Below are positions 39,826-52,541 of a stretch of 64,000 bases of DNA, in pieces (position 1 is the stretch's first letter; each line of letters begins with the position of its first letter). Source of the stretch: Amphiscolops sp. MND2022 (lineage: Eukaryota); the NCBI GenBank assembly GCA_964187785.1, contig OZ076409.1, forward strand, positions 81,904,001-81,968,000, read 5' to 3'. The position numbers and the translations under genes are program-made. The notes under the pieces were generated by a model. It did no database searches, had not been told where the DNA came from, and saw only the letters and a program-made list of their open reading frames with translations.

Positions 39826-41729
39826 TGTGGAAATTTTAATTTTTGGTTCCTACAAAAATCCATTGCTATTGCACGAAGTAAATATGATTGACAGAACTAT
39901 GTTAATCACGTTTTTAGACCGCCGGAATAGAGGAAACAGCTGAAAAGGCTGACAGTAGCGTGTTTCAATCGGACTTAATTGACAAACTAGGTGCTTACTT
40001 AGTGGACTAAACGTCTGAGGTAAATTTAACAAGTTAGTGAGTGACGTCGACATTGTAATGAGTCGAATCGGCTAAGTCAGAATTGATCTCTATGAGCGAA
40101 TTTTACTAAGTTCCACTTTTGATCGAAAATATTCTAAGACACACTATGAAAAAACCAATCATCATTTTTCTGCAACCCCCCCAAACGGTTTTTCCTAAAG
40201 ACTATTATTCGTAGAGACCTGAAATTTGGCAAACGTATACCTGAGATGTTATGCTACTGGTTTGTCAAAACGGAACCGACTCGAGACCCCTCAGTCTTGG
40301 GCTATTAGCACCGGAAGTGACCTAGGTCGACCCCCAACGAACTCGTTGACCAAGCACGGAATATGTCAGATAATGTATTGAAGTGATAGCCTATAGGATA
40401 TTAAGCCATTTGCGCATATTTTCGAGTGCATACGACGCGCATAGGGGGAGCACGGACCCTATGTAAACAAACCCCGATTGTTATGTAAATAGGAAACAGA
40501 TGACCTGAGGATCATGAAACTTACCCAAGATGTTCACCTACCAACGCTAAGTGAAATACATGAAAGATACATTAATCGAACCACCACGCGCGAGGTAATG
40601 TCTGTTTAAGGCACGCGGGACCGGACGAGCGGGCCCGACCGATAGATGACATTTGACCTTGGCTTGTAATATCTCAAACAAATCGGAATAACAAATGTAG
40701 TCGAATACTAACAAGAATGAAACCGTATTTGTAACCCATGCGGGGGTAACCGCCTTAAGTAAACAAACCATACGCATAGCATGTAACTCGGGAACCGTTG
40801 ACCCTAGGATATTACTTGGCACGTAGTAACTTTAGATGATGACAAATAGCTTCAAGGTCACCGATGGACCTCAAGGTCATTATATATGCAATCCCTGAAC
40901 ATATAGAGGAACTTACGATAAAACCGCTAAATCAGCGCTGTTTGCGTGATAATTTATGTATTTTAGTCAGGCGAGAGAATTCCGCGATGCACCGCGCTCA
41001 GAATATGAGAAAAGTACCCCTTACACGTAGAAAGCATGTAGACCATGTAGTTGAAGGTCATTGAACGATTGTCTCGATATTAGAATTATCCCGGGTGACT
41101 TGAATTAGTATTGAAACAAGAACTTTGTACAACCACTGTTGAAGTATTTGTCGTTGGCGACGAAGAATATGTAGGTGAAATATAACTGGGGCGCTGCCAT
41201 GTCATAGAAGGAATGGAGCTACATGACTTAGAAGCATGCAAATAAAAGACCGACATTGGTACAACAAAAATGCGAGCGATGACCAAATATAATTGAGGCG
41301 GAATTGTAATATACCTGAACAGACACAACCAAGTTAGAGATCTACAAGCAAGTTGAGCCTCGAGACGTGGCAAGGAACTTGGCTTTGCTATAAGAACTGG
41401 TTTGCCGTTAGCTCTAAGAGCTAGAGACAAAAATACTCCAAGTCAGGGACTTGTGTTTTGCGCGAGACTTAGTTGGCTGAATCGCGAATAGTTATTAGTT
41501 AGCTATTGTTGTTAAAGAACCAGATTGGACTTTTTTTATGAAAAGTATTTCGATTATTACTTCAACTTTCTTAGTTAATCAAGGAGAGCCGAATAACTTG
41601 GGCACTGGAGAGACTTTGGATAAGCGAGAACACGATAGAAATTACCGAACTTACTCACCAAGAATCCTTTTTCTGATAGAGTTAGATTCTTGGGAAACCT
41701 CTCCACCCTCGAAATATAAACATTTGATA
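39826..41729 (+). repeat. 3' LTR (~1.9 kb)
   Basis: Homologous to 35251-37024; the distal ~130 bp weakly match the copy at 61678-61900. End inferred from the TATGC TSD; terminal dinucleotide is TA rather than CA. Confidence 0.8.
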
Positions 41730-44523
41730 TATGCGTTTCAGCAAAAACCAATCAGGTGCATTCAAATGGAGCGAAGATTGTTTCAGAAAAGATTTGCAGA
41801 AAGAAAATCAACGAAAAAATCTAGGAAATTTCCAAGCGTATTTTGGAAATGACTTGTTGAATCAATTTCACAACATGGCAGGTATATTAGAACGCTTTAC
41901 ATATAGTCTTTTTTCAGACATCGTACTCCCTTGGTACTTTGGTTAGGAAATCGGCCCCAGAAAATTTGAGCATTATTGCGACTAATTATTCTTCTTTGCC
42001 CTCACTTTCGATTTTGTTTGGCGCATTAAGTGAAATTTCAGCTACAGAAAGAACAGTTCGTTTATTTTACCAGTTTTGAACATGTTTTTGAAATTTTTCT
42101 CTAAAGAAACCTAATTCATTGGACTCTGCAGTCTGTGTAAAATTCATTGTCATGTTTTTTGTTCCAGAAATGTTCTGAATGGAAAAAATTCAAAAACCTA
42201 ATATCCTATCCTAATACATGTAATACATCATTTTCGATATCCAAAGATTAGCATGGTTTCAGCAGACAATATCTTGCCAAAAAAGACTAGACAAGACACT
42301 TAATTTTGCTCAAAATTAACTAGGCGTAGCTTTTCCATTTTTGTCTCGGAGATTTTTATGTAAAATAGTAGTAATGTAAACAAGATTGATTTTTTCCTGA
42401 CATTTGTTTTAAAAAATTTACCCAATTTTGAAAGTATCGTGCCTAAAATCATGCTGAGGATGTCTTATTAATTACAGTCCTGTAGTTTCATTTCACCAAT
42501 TTTTTATGCAATACCTATTTGAGAGCATCACTGATATTAGAAAAGATGAAAGCTTTCATGCTTAAGGTCATGCGGTTTTTTTCATGATAACCCATGGAAT
42601 CATGACTTTTCATCCATGATCTTCCATAACATGTGACTCTTCGTCCATGATCATCCTTCAGTCATAGATATCTCTCCATGATCGTTGAATAATTCCTAAC
42701 ATGGCGAACTCATGAATCATTATGGCTGGAAAAATGCGTGATCTGTAAATTTGTGGATTCAGGAAATCATTTCAGAGCGGACGAGCAAATAGGTCTTTGT
42801 CTTTTTTGTCAGCATTTTACCAACATCATTTTGTGAGTTATTATATTTTCTTCAATTGTTGAAAATATTGATTACGGTGAAAATGTTCAAACTGTTCAAA
42901 ACATCATTAAGAACACAACCTCCGTAAAAACAAAAATCATTTTTACATAATTTTCAACTATAAACAAAAAGCATAAAAACATGCAAAAATCCAAACTCTA
43001 AATGTCTTCCCTGTATGGATTTCGTATATTAGAATCAAAAATCAAAAAGAGTGAAAACGCTTTTACGAAACAAGTTTTTAAAGTCCAACAAAAATCATTC
43101 AGGACGGATACCTTCAGTAGAGCTGAATTGCTCATTTTTGGTAATTTTTGGCGTGCGTTGATGAATGGCTTTTGCTATAGCAATTAAGTTGATTTTTCTA
43201 ACATCAAACGAACAAATTCATCTTTTTCTCTATTTCTCCTTTCGAAATAAATAAGCTGCAATAAAAATGATGCACATCTTTTTGAAACAAGGTACAATCA
43301 ATGCATCAGCATGAAAAGTTGAGACTTTCAGACAATCTAATAAATGCCATAGAATTTTCCACAGTGCCTCTAGCCGCAACAAATAACCCCCTGGTGACTA
43401 GCCTAATGGTCTATTCAATATCTAGTCTTCCTTTTGTCTCATTTTCTGTGTATTGCCCAATTAGTGACGCAATATTGTCCCTGTTTCCGTTTTTAAGGCC
43501 GTGCACGAACAAAACTGATATTAAGTGCATCTGATCGTCATGTATTTCAAGGCGGACTCCCAGCTCGCCAGAAATAAGTTTCGAAATCGGCCGGTTTTTT
43601 ATTCGAATCCTTTTTTATTACTTTGCACAATAATGTAATGATGGCTGTACTAAACTAAATTCAGACCAAGAACGCATTTTCTTACGTGTTATGAATATAA
43701 TCTTTCTCATTTCAATGACGGATAGAAATGATGGATTCACGCTGGTTGTTTTATTTTAAAAATGAAACCGGCCGCATTCAAAGTTCTCAGCTGTGAAACT
43801 TCGGCTAAATTTTAAAGTTTTATGGGAAAGATTTATATGAGAAATCTCGGGAACTTTGCGACATACTTTGCGACAACAAGGCGACATACAAAGTTTTTTT
43901 CGCAGCATAGCTTTGTTCAACTTGGCCTTGTGGTGGTCTCATCATCAAATATCTCCTATTTTCCAACGCAAGATGGCACCTTTTTCTTCACGGGCAATTT
44001 TCCCACAAGACCTCATTTCCTTTTAAGGAGGTTTTCATTAGCATGTCCCATCGAACCGAGCAATTATACAAAAAGATAGCAGTGCAGGCATTTCATGATG
44101 TGCGGTTTTTCAAAAGTTCAACTTTTTTGGGTTCAGATTTAAACCTCAAGGAGACGAAAGTGAGATAAAGTGCCTCATTGTAGCAACTAAATGAACACAA
44201 AAAATTCTGAAAAAGGATCATAGATAAACTGCTGGACTAATAGAAGGTAAAAGAAGAGAAATTAAAAGAATCCCATCACTGTTTTGTTTATTTACAATTG
44301 GCCAAGCTCACTATGGGATAAAAAGAATGTCCTATTTTTGAAGAAAAAATGAATATAATCAAATGCTTGAAGGAACGTTCATCTTCTTCTATTTCTGAAA
44401 ACTGAATGAGTTTTTGAACTTATTGTATTAAATATTCTACTATTTCATGAATAGGTTAGTCTGTAGACTTTAAGAAACAACAGAGCTGGAGAATGATTGA
44501 CATGATTTTAAGTAATCAATGAC

Positions 44524-44700
44524 CTTTGTCAATTTGGAAGGTCTGTATTTATCCTGGTAAATCAAAACGTCTGGAAGTAGTTGCGACTGCAATTGCGACA
44601 TTAATTGAGTCAACACCGCAGGCGTCGCACTGGCGTGATCAACTTCCTGGGGACGAGGGCTCATGTAATGCTGCCGGATTACAAGGAAAAGTTTCCCGGC
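44524..44700 (-). CDS. Probable N-terminal exon of the Cys-loop channel (N-terminal helix and Y...RP motif)
   Basis: GC-enriched open 59-codon block AGKLFLVIRQHYMSPRPQEVDHASATPAVLTQLMSQLQSQLLPDVLIYQDKYRPSKLTK between tag| and |gtcatt. L...LL....Y....RP matches the LGIC N-terminus. Splice sites are weak. Confidence 0.55.
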
Positions 44701-45591
44701 CTAACATTTTTGGTATAAGATTTTTCATGGTATATGTCAAAGTTACATACTTTTACCCACTTAACTATAACAGAATCTCTTCGATTGAAGCAGTAATCTT
44801 GTGTCTGTAGTTCCCCTAAATACTAATAAGCATTTATACCCACTAAAATTGCGCAGTTTAAACTTGATAAGTTTAGATACATATCATATGTTTAAAATTA
44901 TATCAAGCCAAACAGTTGTAAGAAAATTGTCCTCCTAGAGATTTAACTTGTCCCTAAATGATAGGTACAAGCTATTTTTAGAAATCAGGGCATTACAAAA
45001 TTTGGTGAAAAATTTTGAATTATATTTTCGCTCATAATTTCATATAGGAAATGAAAAACACTAACTGAGACGCGATTTCATTTTCTAATTATGCCATGTT
45101 CTAAATTTTGTACCCAAAAGATGAAAGTTGTTCGACAAATTTTAGTAAACAATAAAATTATCGTAGCATATGAATGTGGGGAGAATTCGAATTTTTAATC
45201 TGGAAAATGTCCGATCGAAAAATAGATCTAAATGCACCCAGAATGCACTAAAATACGTCTCCCCGAAAAAAAAACATGTAAAAGACAAAATTTGGAAAAT
45301 TTTGATGCACAAGTTGTGTACAAGTTTTTAATGTTTCTGTGGATGAGAAGTTCCATATAATTCAACGATGAAAAAATTCACACTTAAAAATATAATCCGA
45401 AGTTTTTTGATCAAAAAACGCCCCAAAAGAACCCAAAAAATTGAATTTAATTCAATTTTTGACCATTTTGAAAACCGCATACACGTAGTTGAAAGACCAA
45501 AGAACTAGCTACTGAGCACACTTTTTCGCAAGGCAGGTAGTAATATCCATGCAATATTCTGCAATACTTGTTCTAACAAATTAACATCCCT

Positions 45592-46968
45592 CCCGTATTG
45601 AGACTCCATGGCATTCCATCCATGGCCATGGATGGTCCAGGCCTGGCCACCAATGGATCCAATTTGTAGGTGGTCATTGCAAATTCCATCGATGGCCATG
45701 GATGGTACATGGATGGTCCACCACTGGCCATCGATGGAGTTTCGAAAAATTTTTCGAACAAAAATTCGTTCGAAGTGCGAAAGTTCGAAATGTACGTTAG
45801 TAAATGCAAAATTTGAGTTGGCGAGCCACTGTGTCATAGAGAATTAGCCACGAATGGTCTAAAAAGGTCAGAAATGGGCAATTTTTCCTTTTTTTCTAAG
45901 ATTTATCGAGAAATGTGTTTTTAGCTTTCTGAAACCTTTCTAGCATTTTTGTCCTTGAACTCGTTCCTTGCTAACTTCTCCAGTGTCGACAGTGTTTTTT
46001 TACTGGGCGTTTTTGAGAAAAATGCCTTTATCATAGTTCCGATTATAATTTTGAATGGAACTCATGAGATGCAATGTTAATTTTTAAAGTTTTCATTTCA
46101 GTTTCTGTTTTGTTCATGGGGCTTTTATTGCACCTGCTCGTTGCTGGCCCTGCCAGTGTCGACTGTATTCCAGTTGGCCAGCCAAGACTATAAAAAACGG
46201 ATTTTGCCAAGGTCCTGATTTGGATTTCTGATGGATCTCGGCAAATAACCAACATTGATTTTAGTTTACATTGGGTTCGTATCATTATAGTGGATTCTTT
46301 CCTTGAACTCGTACCTTTCTAGCTTCTCCAGTGTCGACAGTGTACTTTTTACCGAGCGTTTTTGAGAAAAAAATCTTTTTCAAATTTCTGATTTTAGTTT
46401 TGAATTTAGTCTTGATACATTTCATGGTTTTTTTTGCTTCTCCAATTATACCCATGTCTTCATGAAACTTTCTAATTCTCTCAGTATTTGTCCCTTATTT
46501 TCCACTTGAGGTGATCAAAAAACCCATTTTTCCCTTAGCTTCAAGAGTCGAAAGATCGTTTTTTACTATGTTTTCACAAAGGTAGCAGGCTTTTTGCAAA
46601 GCACAGGATAACTCCATGTTTTTCCAAGATGCAGAGAACTTTTTACATGTTTTTACAAGATGCAGGGAAGTGTTTGTAAAATTTTCCGAGCAGGATCTAA
46701 GAATTTTCTACAATTTATCAAAATGATCCATGCATGCATGCGCATGTTAAATTTTTTCTGCAATTTTGGCTAGGGCATTGCAGCGTTTTAATCTTACGTT
46801 GATTCAAAGACGACTCAAAATTTCAAAAAAAACGGAGCTTCTGTAAGCTGTTTTGAGCTTTCCGGACTTTTGGTTTCCAGGCCTGGATAAAAGTGGCGAT
46901 TGCCATCCCTGGTCCATCCATGGACCAGGCCTGGCCATGGATGGAATGCCATGGAGTCTCAGTACGGG
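45592..46968. mobile_element. CCC...GGG non-autonomous DNA element with ~36-bp TIR and 2-bp TSD CT
   Basis: CCCGTATTGAGACTCCATGGCATTCCATCCATGGCC / GGCCATGGATGGAATGCCATGGAGTCTCAGTACGGG; CT on both sides; subterminal CCATGG repeats. Confidence 0.88.
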
Positions 46969-47349
46969 CTAGTTGAAACTGCTTGGAACATTAGACTTTC
47001 TAAACAATTTGGCAGGTTTTCAGAGCAACAACAAGGAAATTTAAAAAACAAAGTCCCCGCAGAAAAAAATAAAGGAAATTTTGTAAGCACAAACGCTACA
47101 ATATGCCATAAACAAATAGTCAACAGCAAATTTTTTCAGCCGAAGATACTTAGAAAACCTGAAAAACTAACGAAAAGGATTATTAGAGGTTTTTGCGAGC
47201 AATTTTGTCAGAGTATATTGCATGAGTTGGAAAATTTTATGTTTTTCGAAGGAAAAAATCAACAACATTTTTTGAAATGAAAAATTATAATCCGAGGAAT
47301 TCAGTCAGTAAAACGTTTGGACATTTATTTCCTTTCTGATCTGACTACT

Positions 47350-47724
47350 GGTAGAAAAAGGCCTGAAATCACTTTATTTTGGTAAAACAGGGCCTAAATA
47401 CTGTTTTTACATGATTAACGTCTAAAATCATCCTATTTTGGTCGAACAAAGTCTAAAATCACTATTTTTGTGGAAAAACGTCTCAAACCACTATTTTTGT
47501 AGAATAACGCTCAAAATATTCTCTTTTTTTGTTAGAATAATATCTAAAAACACTGTATTGTACTGGATTAACGTCTAAAAACCCGTATTTTGGTTAAATA
47601 ACGTCCTAAATCACAATTTTTCTGGAATAACGTCTTTAATAACTATTTTTGCGGAATAACGTCTAAAGTCACTAACTTTGTGAAATAACGTCTGAAATCT
47701 TTCTACTTTGATAGAATAAGATCT
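47350..47724. repeat. ~28-bp minisatellite (consensus about GAATAACGTCTAAAATCACTATTTTTGT)
   Basis: About 13 degenerate units; the array resumes briefly after the HINE at 48216-48240. Confidence 0.85.
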
Positions 47725-48220
47725 AACAAGCCGGGAATGGCCCAAGTCGGCTTCACATCTAAGGCTCAAAAATATTCAAGGAACAACAATTGGAAAAACT
47801 TGAAAAAAACTTCAAAAACAAGTATTTGGTAAAAAAGTCGCATATTGCCGAAAAACCCAAAAAGAGATCCTTTAGGCCTATTAAACTCTAAACTTTTTTA
47901 CAAACCGAAAACTTCGAAACATTCAAGGGAGTACCCTTTGATAGAATTCAAAAATTTTCGAAAAATTGTCGCATAGTGCCGAAAAAAAACGCAAAGGGGG
48001 ACCATTTAGTCTCCCTTCTACTTTTGGCAGCATAAAAAGTTTCTGGTTTATTGCGAGACTCGAACCAACGCTCTCCTGCTTCTCAGACCCCACAAAATCC
48101 ACCTCTCGGCCGAGAAGTTGAACAAATGAACAAAAAAAGTGGACCGATCGCGTTGAACTTACGAAAAAAAATTAGCCACTGTAAGAGTCGTGCATTTTCT
48201 TCGGAAACGCCGACTAAAAA
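47725..48220 (-). mobile_element. Full HINE family 1 copy (reverse)
   Basis: AACAAGCCGGGAATGGCCCAAGTCGGC ... GAAACGCCGACTAAAAA. Confidence 0.85.
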
Positions 48221-50609
48221 CACTGAATTGTACTGGATAAAGATGGCGTTTGTGTGGCTTCTGTTTCAAAACCACTGGATCAGTTATCTCTGGATCCTGG
48301 TATTTCTGTAACTGATAGAAAAGTGTCGGCATCCTGGGGGGCCTAACTATGGCACCTGATGTGTTCTGTGTCCGATGTCAGCGTTCTGGGTTTAAGCTTC
48401 CTCAAAAAAAATTCCGGAAGATCTTAATTTTTTGAAGATTTGAATGTTTTTTGGCTATTTACTGTTTTTTGTGTTTTTAGAAACCTTGTTGAAAACGTAG
48501 CTTCCGGCTAAAAATTACTGTTGTCGAATGTAGCGTTTTGGTGTTCCCGAGTTCTTCAAAACCTCAAAAAACTGTGTTTTAATCTCTTGATCTAGAGTTT
48601 TTTCCGTCGTTGTTTTTTGATGGGTCGTTCCTAACTCCTCGTTGTTGTGTTAATGTGTAACCAATTTTTGTTTCAGACGTTGTCTTCGGAAAAAGATGGA
48701 GTTTGTGTGGCATTTGATGCGAAACCACTGGAGGAGCTTTGTCTGGCACCCGATATGTTCTGTTTGCGATACAAATGTTCTGAGTTTCGGCTTCGTCAAA
48801 ACAACTCCGAAATCATGTTTGAATATGAATTTGCATAATTTCGATTTGTAGATCTTCACTAAATTTTAATCTTTGTAATAATTCAGTTTTTGAGATGAGG
48901 ACCTTTTTGAGAAAACTAAATTTTCTGGGAAATAAGATCGAGAGATTAAAAAATACGAAAGATTGCATCCCTTTCCCACAAAACGCAAAGTTTCGCAAAA
49001 TTTTCCAAGATGCAGGGAATTTTACAAAATTTTCCATGCAGGGTCCCTGATTTTTCTATGTTTCATCAAAAATCATCCTGCATTTTATTCATGTGCTTAC
49101 AAAATTTCACGGCATTTTCAACTAGGGATGCGCTAAAGCCAAGCTATAGACGAGCTAGAAGCAAATGCTGTATGTCTTGTCGGAAACTTCCACTCCTAAT
49201 CATTTAAGCAAGAACCACAGAAGAACTACTAAACTTGGATGTTTATTTAGTAATTATGAATGTCCAATAATTTTTGAGATTCAAATTTTGAACAGAGGGT
49301 TGAACATTTAGAAACGATTTCTCCACCCTCTCAGGCACATGTCAATCAATGCTCTCAACGTTCAATGCTCTCAAAACTCTCTAAAGGAGGAAAATGGGCC
49401 AAGTATGCGATGTAGCTTCGAAACACTTCTTGCGCTTTCGCGATCAAATTCAAATTTTCAATCAATGAAGTTTTTCAGTTCGCAAAGTTTACTACTGGCA
49501 CAACTTTAGTTGTGCAATTTTCCATAGACCCCGTTTGAAAAACATCAGAATTTGCAGTAAAACGGTCAATAGTCCTGACAAAACGGAAAAAATATGTTCT
49601 ATATTTTTCTTGTGGTCAACCTAGAATTTCCGAGTCAAGTTAGATACTTTGCTCGACATGTGAAATGTCACTGGCAAAAGCTCCAATTGTTGTCTCAGGA
49701 ATGTCAGCTACTAGAAAAAAAATTGCGTTGGGATGCACACATTTTGATGATAACACGACGCCCGTTGAGCCCCGGGATTTTTTGCACCCTGGGCTAATTT
49801 AGCACTGGATTATTTTAAATCCTGAGTTAACTACGAACTTGCAAGAGAAATATTTAAAAAATGACTATTTTCTAGTTCAGTTTATTCTTTTTTTTTTCAG
49901 GAAAAGGACTGTATATTTCTTATGCAGGAGTATGATAGTTAACTATTTGTATTTTTTGTCAAAACTCATATGGCCGGTTTTGAGAGAATTTTGGCATTTT
50001 CAGTCAGGCACTTTTTCTTGGAAAAGTTCTGATATGTCTACAAATTTATTAATCTAATTTTATGATAATTGAATTCTGTGGAAAAGCCCTTACATTTGGT
50101 TATCAGATTGGAGCATGGCAAAGTACTTTTACGCGGTCAATTAATAGGGTTCTTTTCCCGCAGTGAAGTATAGGAGGAAAATAAGGGCGAATCACGGTGC
50201 TCAGTAAGCGGCGAAACGTTGTTTGAGACTCTATATGGACATCTAAAGTTTTTATAGCGCAACAACTTTTGAACAATTCAACATTGTTGGCTTTTTTATA
50301 CTTGAAATTTAATACAGCAGTTCACGTACACCTAAAAATGACATTTGTATATACACTGCTTGGTTTGTCTAATAGGTGGTTTTCATCACTACTCTTGGTA
50401 ATTATCTTTCACCAGGAAAATTTTGGCTTTAACAAGATAGCGAAACTCCGCAGGCAATTTTGAATCTATTTTTTACGAATAACGATTGTATATCTCATTT
50501 AAAAAATGATAAAAATAAATAAATAGATAAAATTTAGATAAAAAGTGAATATATTCACTTTTTATCTAAATGCTTATCGAAACTTGAACACCGATATGAA
50601 TGAATTCAT

Positions 50610-51090
50610 AACAAGACGCCCGCTGAGGAGCGGGATATTTTCCGCCCCGAACTGTTCTACAACTACATAAATTTGAGGCTCAAGAATAACTAATGCACTA
50701 TAAAAACGCTGAGAAGTTCGAAGAAAAGAAAGCTTCGATTCATCTTGTCCATTTTTCTAATTCGCGGTGTCTCAAAAAATGGCAAAAATTGCATAAAAAT
50801 GTTTAAAAATGAGAAATTTGGGAATTTTTGTCATTTTCGGGGTCATTTTGTCATTAAGGGGTCATTTTGTCATTAAGGGGTCATTTTCGTCATTTTCGTC
50901 ATTTTTTAAAAAAACTTCAAAAATCTCTACAAATACATATCGCACGAAGCTAAATTTATGTGGGTTGAATTCTATGGGTAACACCCTTAAATTTAAATAT
51001 AAATAAAATCTTGGCAAATTTTGTAAAAAAAAAAAAAACCCGTTTGATTTAAATATTTTCCTTTCCCATATGAAATATGGGCGGAAAATA
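50610..51090 (-). mobile_element. Complete short HINE family 2 copy
   Basis: Element strand: 5' TTTTCCGCCCATATTTCATATGGG ... 3' GGGCGGAAAATATCCCGCTCCTCAGCGGGCGTCTTGTT; internal GTCATTTT repeats. Confidence 0.8.
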
Positions 51091-52541
51091 ATAAGGTTTT
51101 GACAATTCGCATTCGAGGTCTATCTGAAACTGTGCAATACGCGGTAATATCATGCCAAAGTAATACCAGACCGCAACTAAAAATATTGTGTCAGAACAAA
51201 GCCATTTCCTGGGATATATTTTCATGAAAAATAAACCTTTGAATAAAAATCTGATTTAACGTATTCGCTTCTGGCCATGGAAAATTGACAATACTTTGTG
51301 ACTCCTCAAAATGTTTTCAGGGAGCCTAAGATTTTCTCTGCAAACTGTCAAAAAGTTATTTATTTTCAAACAACAATCTACTTTTCATTTTTATCTGAAT
51401 AACGTCAAGACAGTTATCTGAAAGATTTGGGCTGTAAGATTCGATTTTCAAATAAATAACTATTTTGAATTTTGAAAGAATGGCCTATTTGGAACCAAAA
51501 TCAAATTCCTCCCCCTGTTGTTTTTCGAATTTGAGCGTGTGAAAAAGATATTGCATTATTGTGGAAAAAGTTTTCAACGAACAGTTTGAGACACATGTTA
51601 CCAACCATTCAACTGTTTTTCAAGTAGCTTTTGTTTCTTTTATAATACTTTTGGTATATTGGGTAAATGGGTAAAAATTTTTAAAGCCGCAACAAAACTT
51701 TTTTGAGCTTTAACAATTGCATTGCCATCAAATGTATTCAATAGAAGTTGCTTATCGCTGGAGTGGCGAGAAGGAAATTTTCTGGTTCTTAAAATTTCAA
51801 ACGCTGAGTTCGTTATTTTCAAGTGTGGTAAATGGAAATAGTTCTATAAGCCGCCGTTTTTTCCAAATCTTTCAGTTTTATACTCAAACGATTGATGTTT
51901 CTTCACAATTTGCATCAAAGTTTGTAGCATATGTATTTATGAAAATAATTGAACTTTTATCCAATTGTTGTGCAAATTTTGAAAATTGTCTTAAGAATTA
52001 TCGTATTTCCACACCAAATTATTTAGCTCCGAAACATATTTTTGATAACGAAATTTCAAAAAAATGCCCTACATGGCCCAAAAATGGTTCTTTCCTGTAA
52101 ATCCTACACCACCACAATTTTTTGAAAAATCATTGAAACTATTACAACAAAAAAGTTGAATACCAAACCAAAATTGAAATTTAACTCCAAGGTGTCAATT
52201 TAGGATCCAGATATGAAGTTTGTTCACACAGTTTCTTTTGAAGTCACTCTTTCTTGATTAGGAAATCAACAACTTCCTGATTTGAGCAACAAAAAACAGT
52301 TAATTTTCAACAAATTCACAATCCAAATGCGTGAAAAATGTTTTTTTTTTCAAATAAAAACTATTCCAGTAGAAGTCAATTTTCTTTTACAGAAAAACAT
52401 TTCATTTTCATTTAGGCCAGTAAGAAAAACTTTTACAACATTAATTCCTAAATTTTTCATGTTTGTTCCACACTTTTGAACTTTTTGTTCAACTTTCGAA
52501 TGTCCTCGTTTGCCTAAGTTCATTTCTACATTTAACACTGA

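Larger units (their letters stand above)
35251..41729 (+). mobile_element. Non-autonomous long-LTR retroelement: LTR-gag-(-1 PRF)-non-Pol ORF-PPT-LTR
   Basis: Direct repeats 35251-37024 and 39826-~41729 both start TGTGG and are roughly 90% identical by eye; purine tract just before the second; candidate 5-bp TSD TATGC (35246-35250, 41730-41734); no RT/RH/IN motifs inside. Confidence 0.85.
45588..49127. mobile_element. CCC...GGG non-autonomous DNA element (CMC/EnSpm-like) with 2-bp TSD AT, carrying nested insertions
   Basis: Left TIR CCCT|AGTTGAAACTGC (split by an insertion) mirrors GCATTTTCAACTAGGG (ends 49127); AT on both flanks. Confidence 0.7.

Noticed and set aside
43300..44110. Possible decayed minus-strand coding remnant
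   Set aside because: Interrupted by stops and no family motif recognised.
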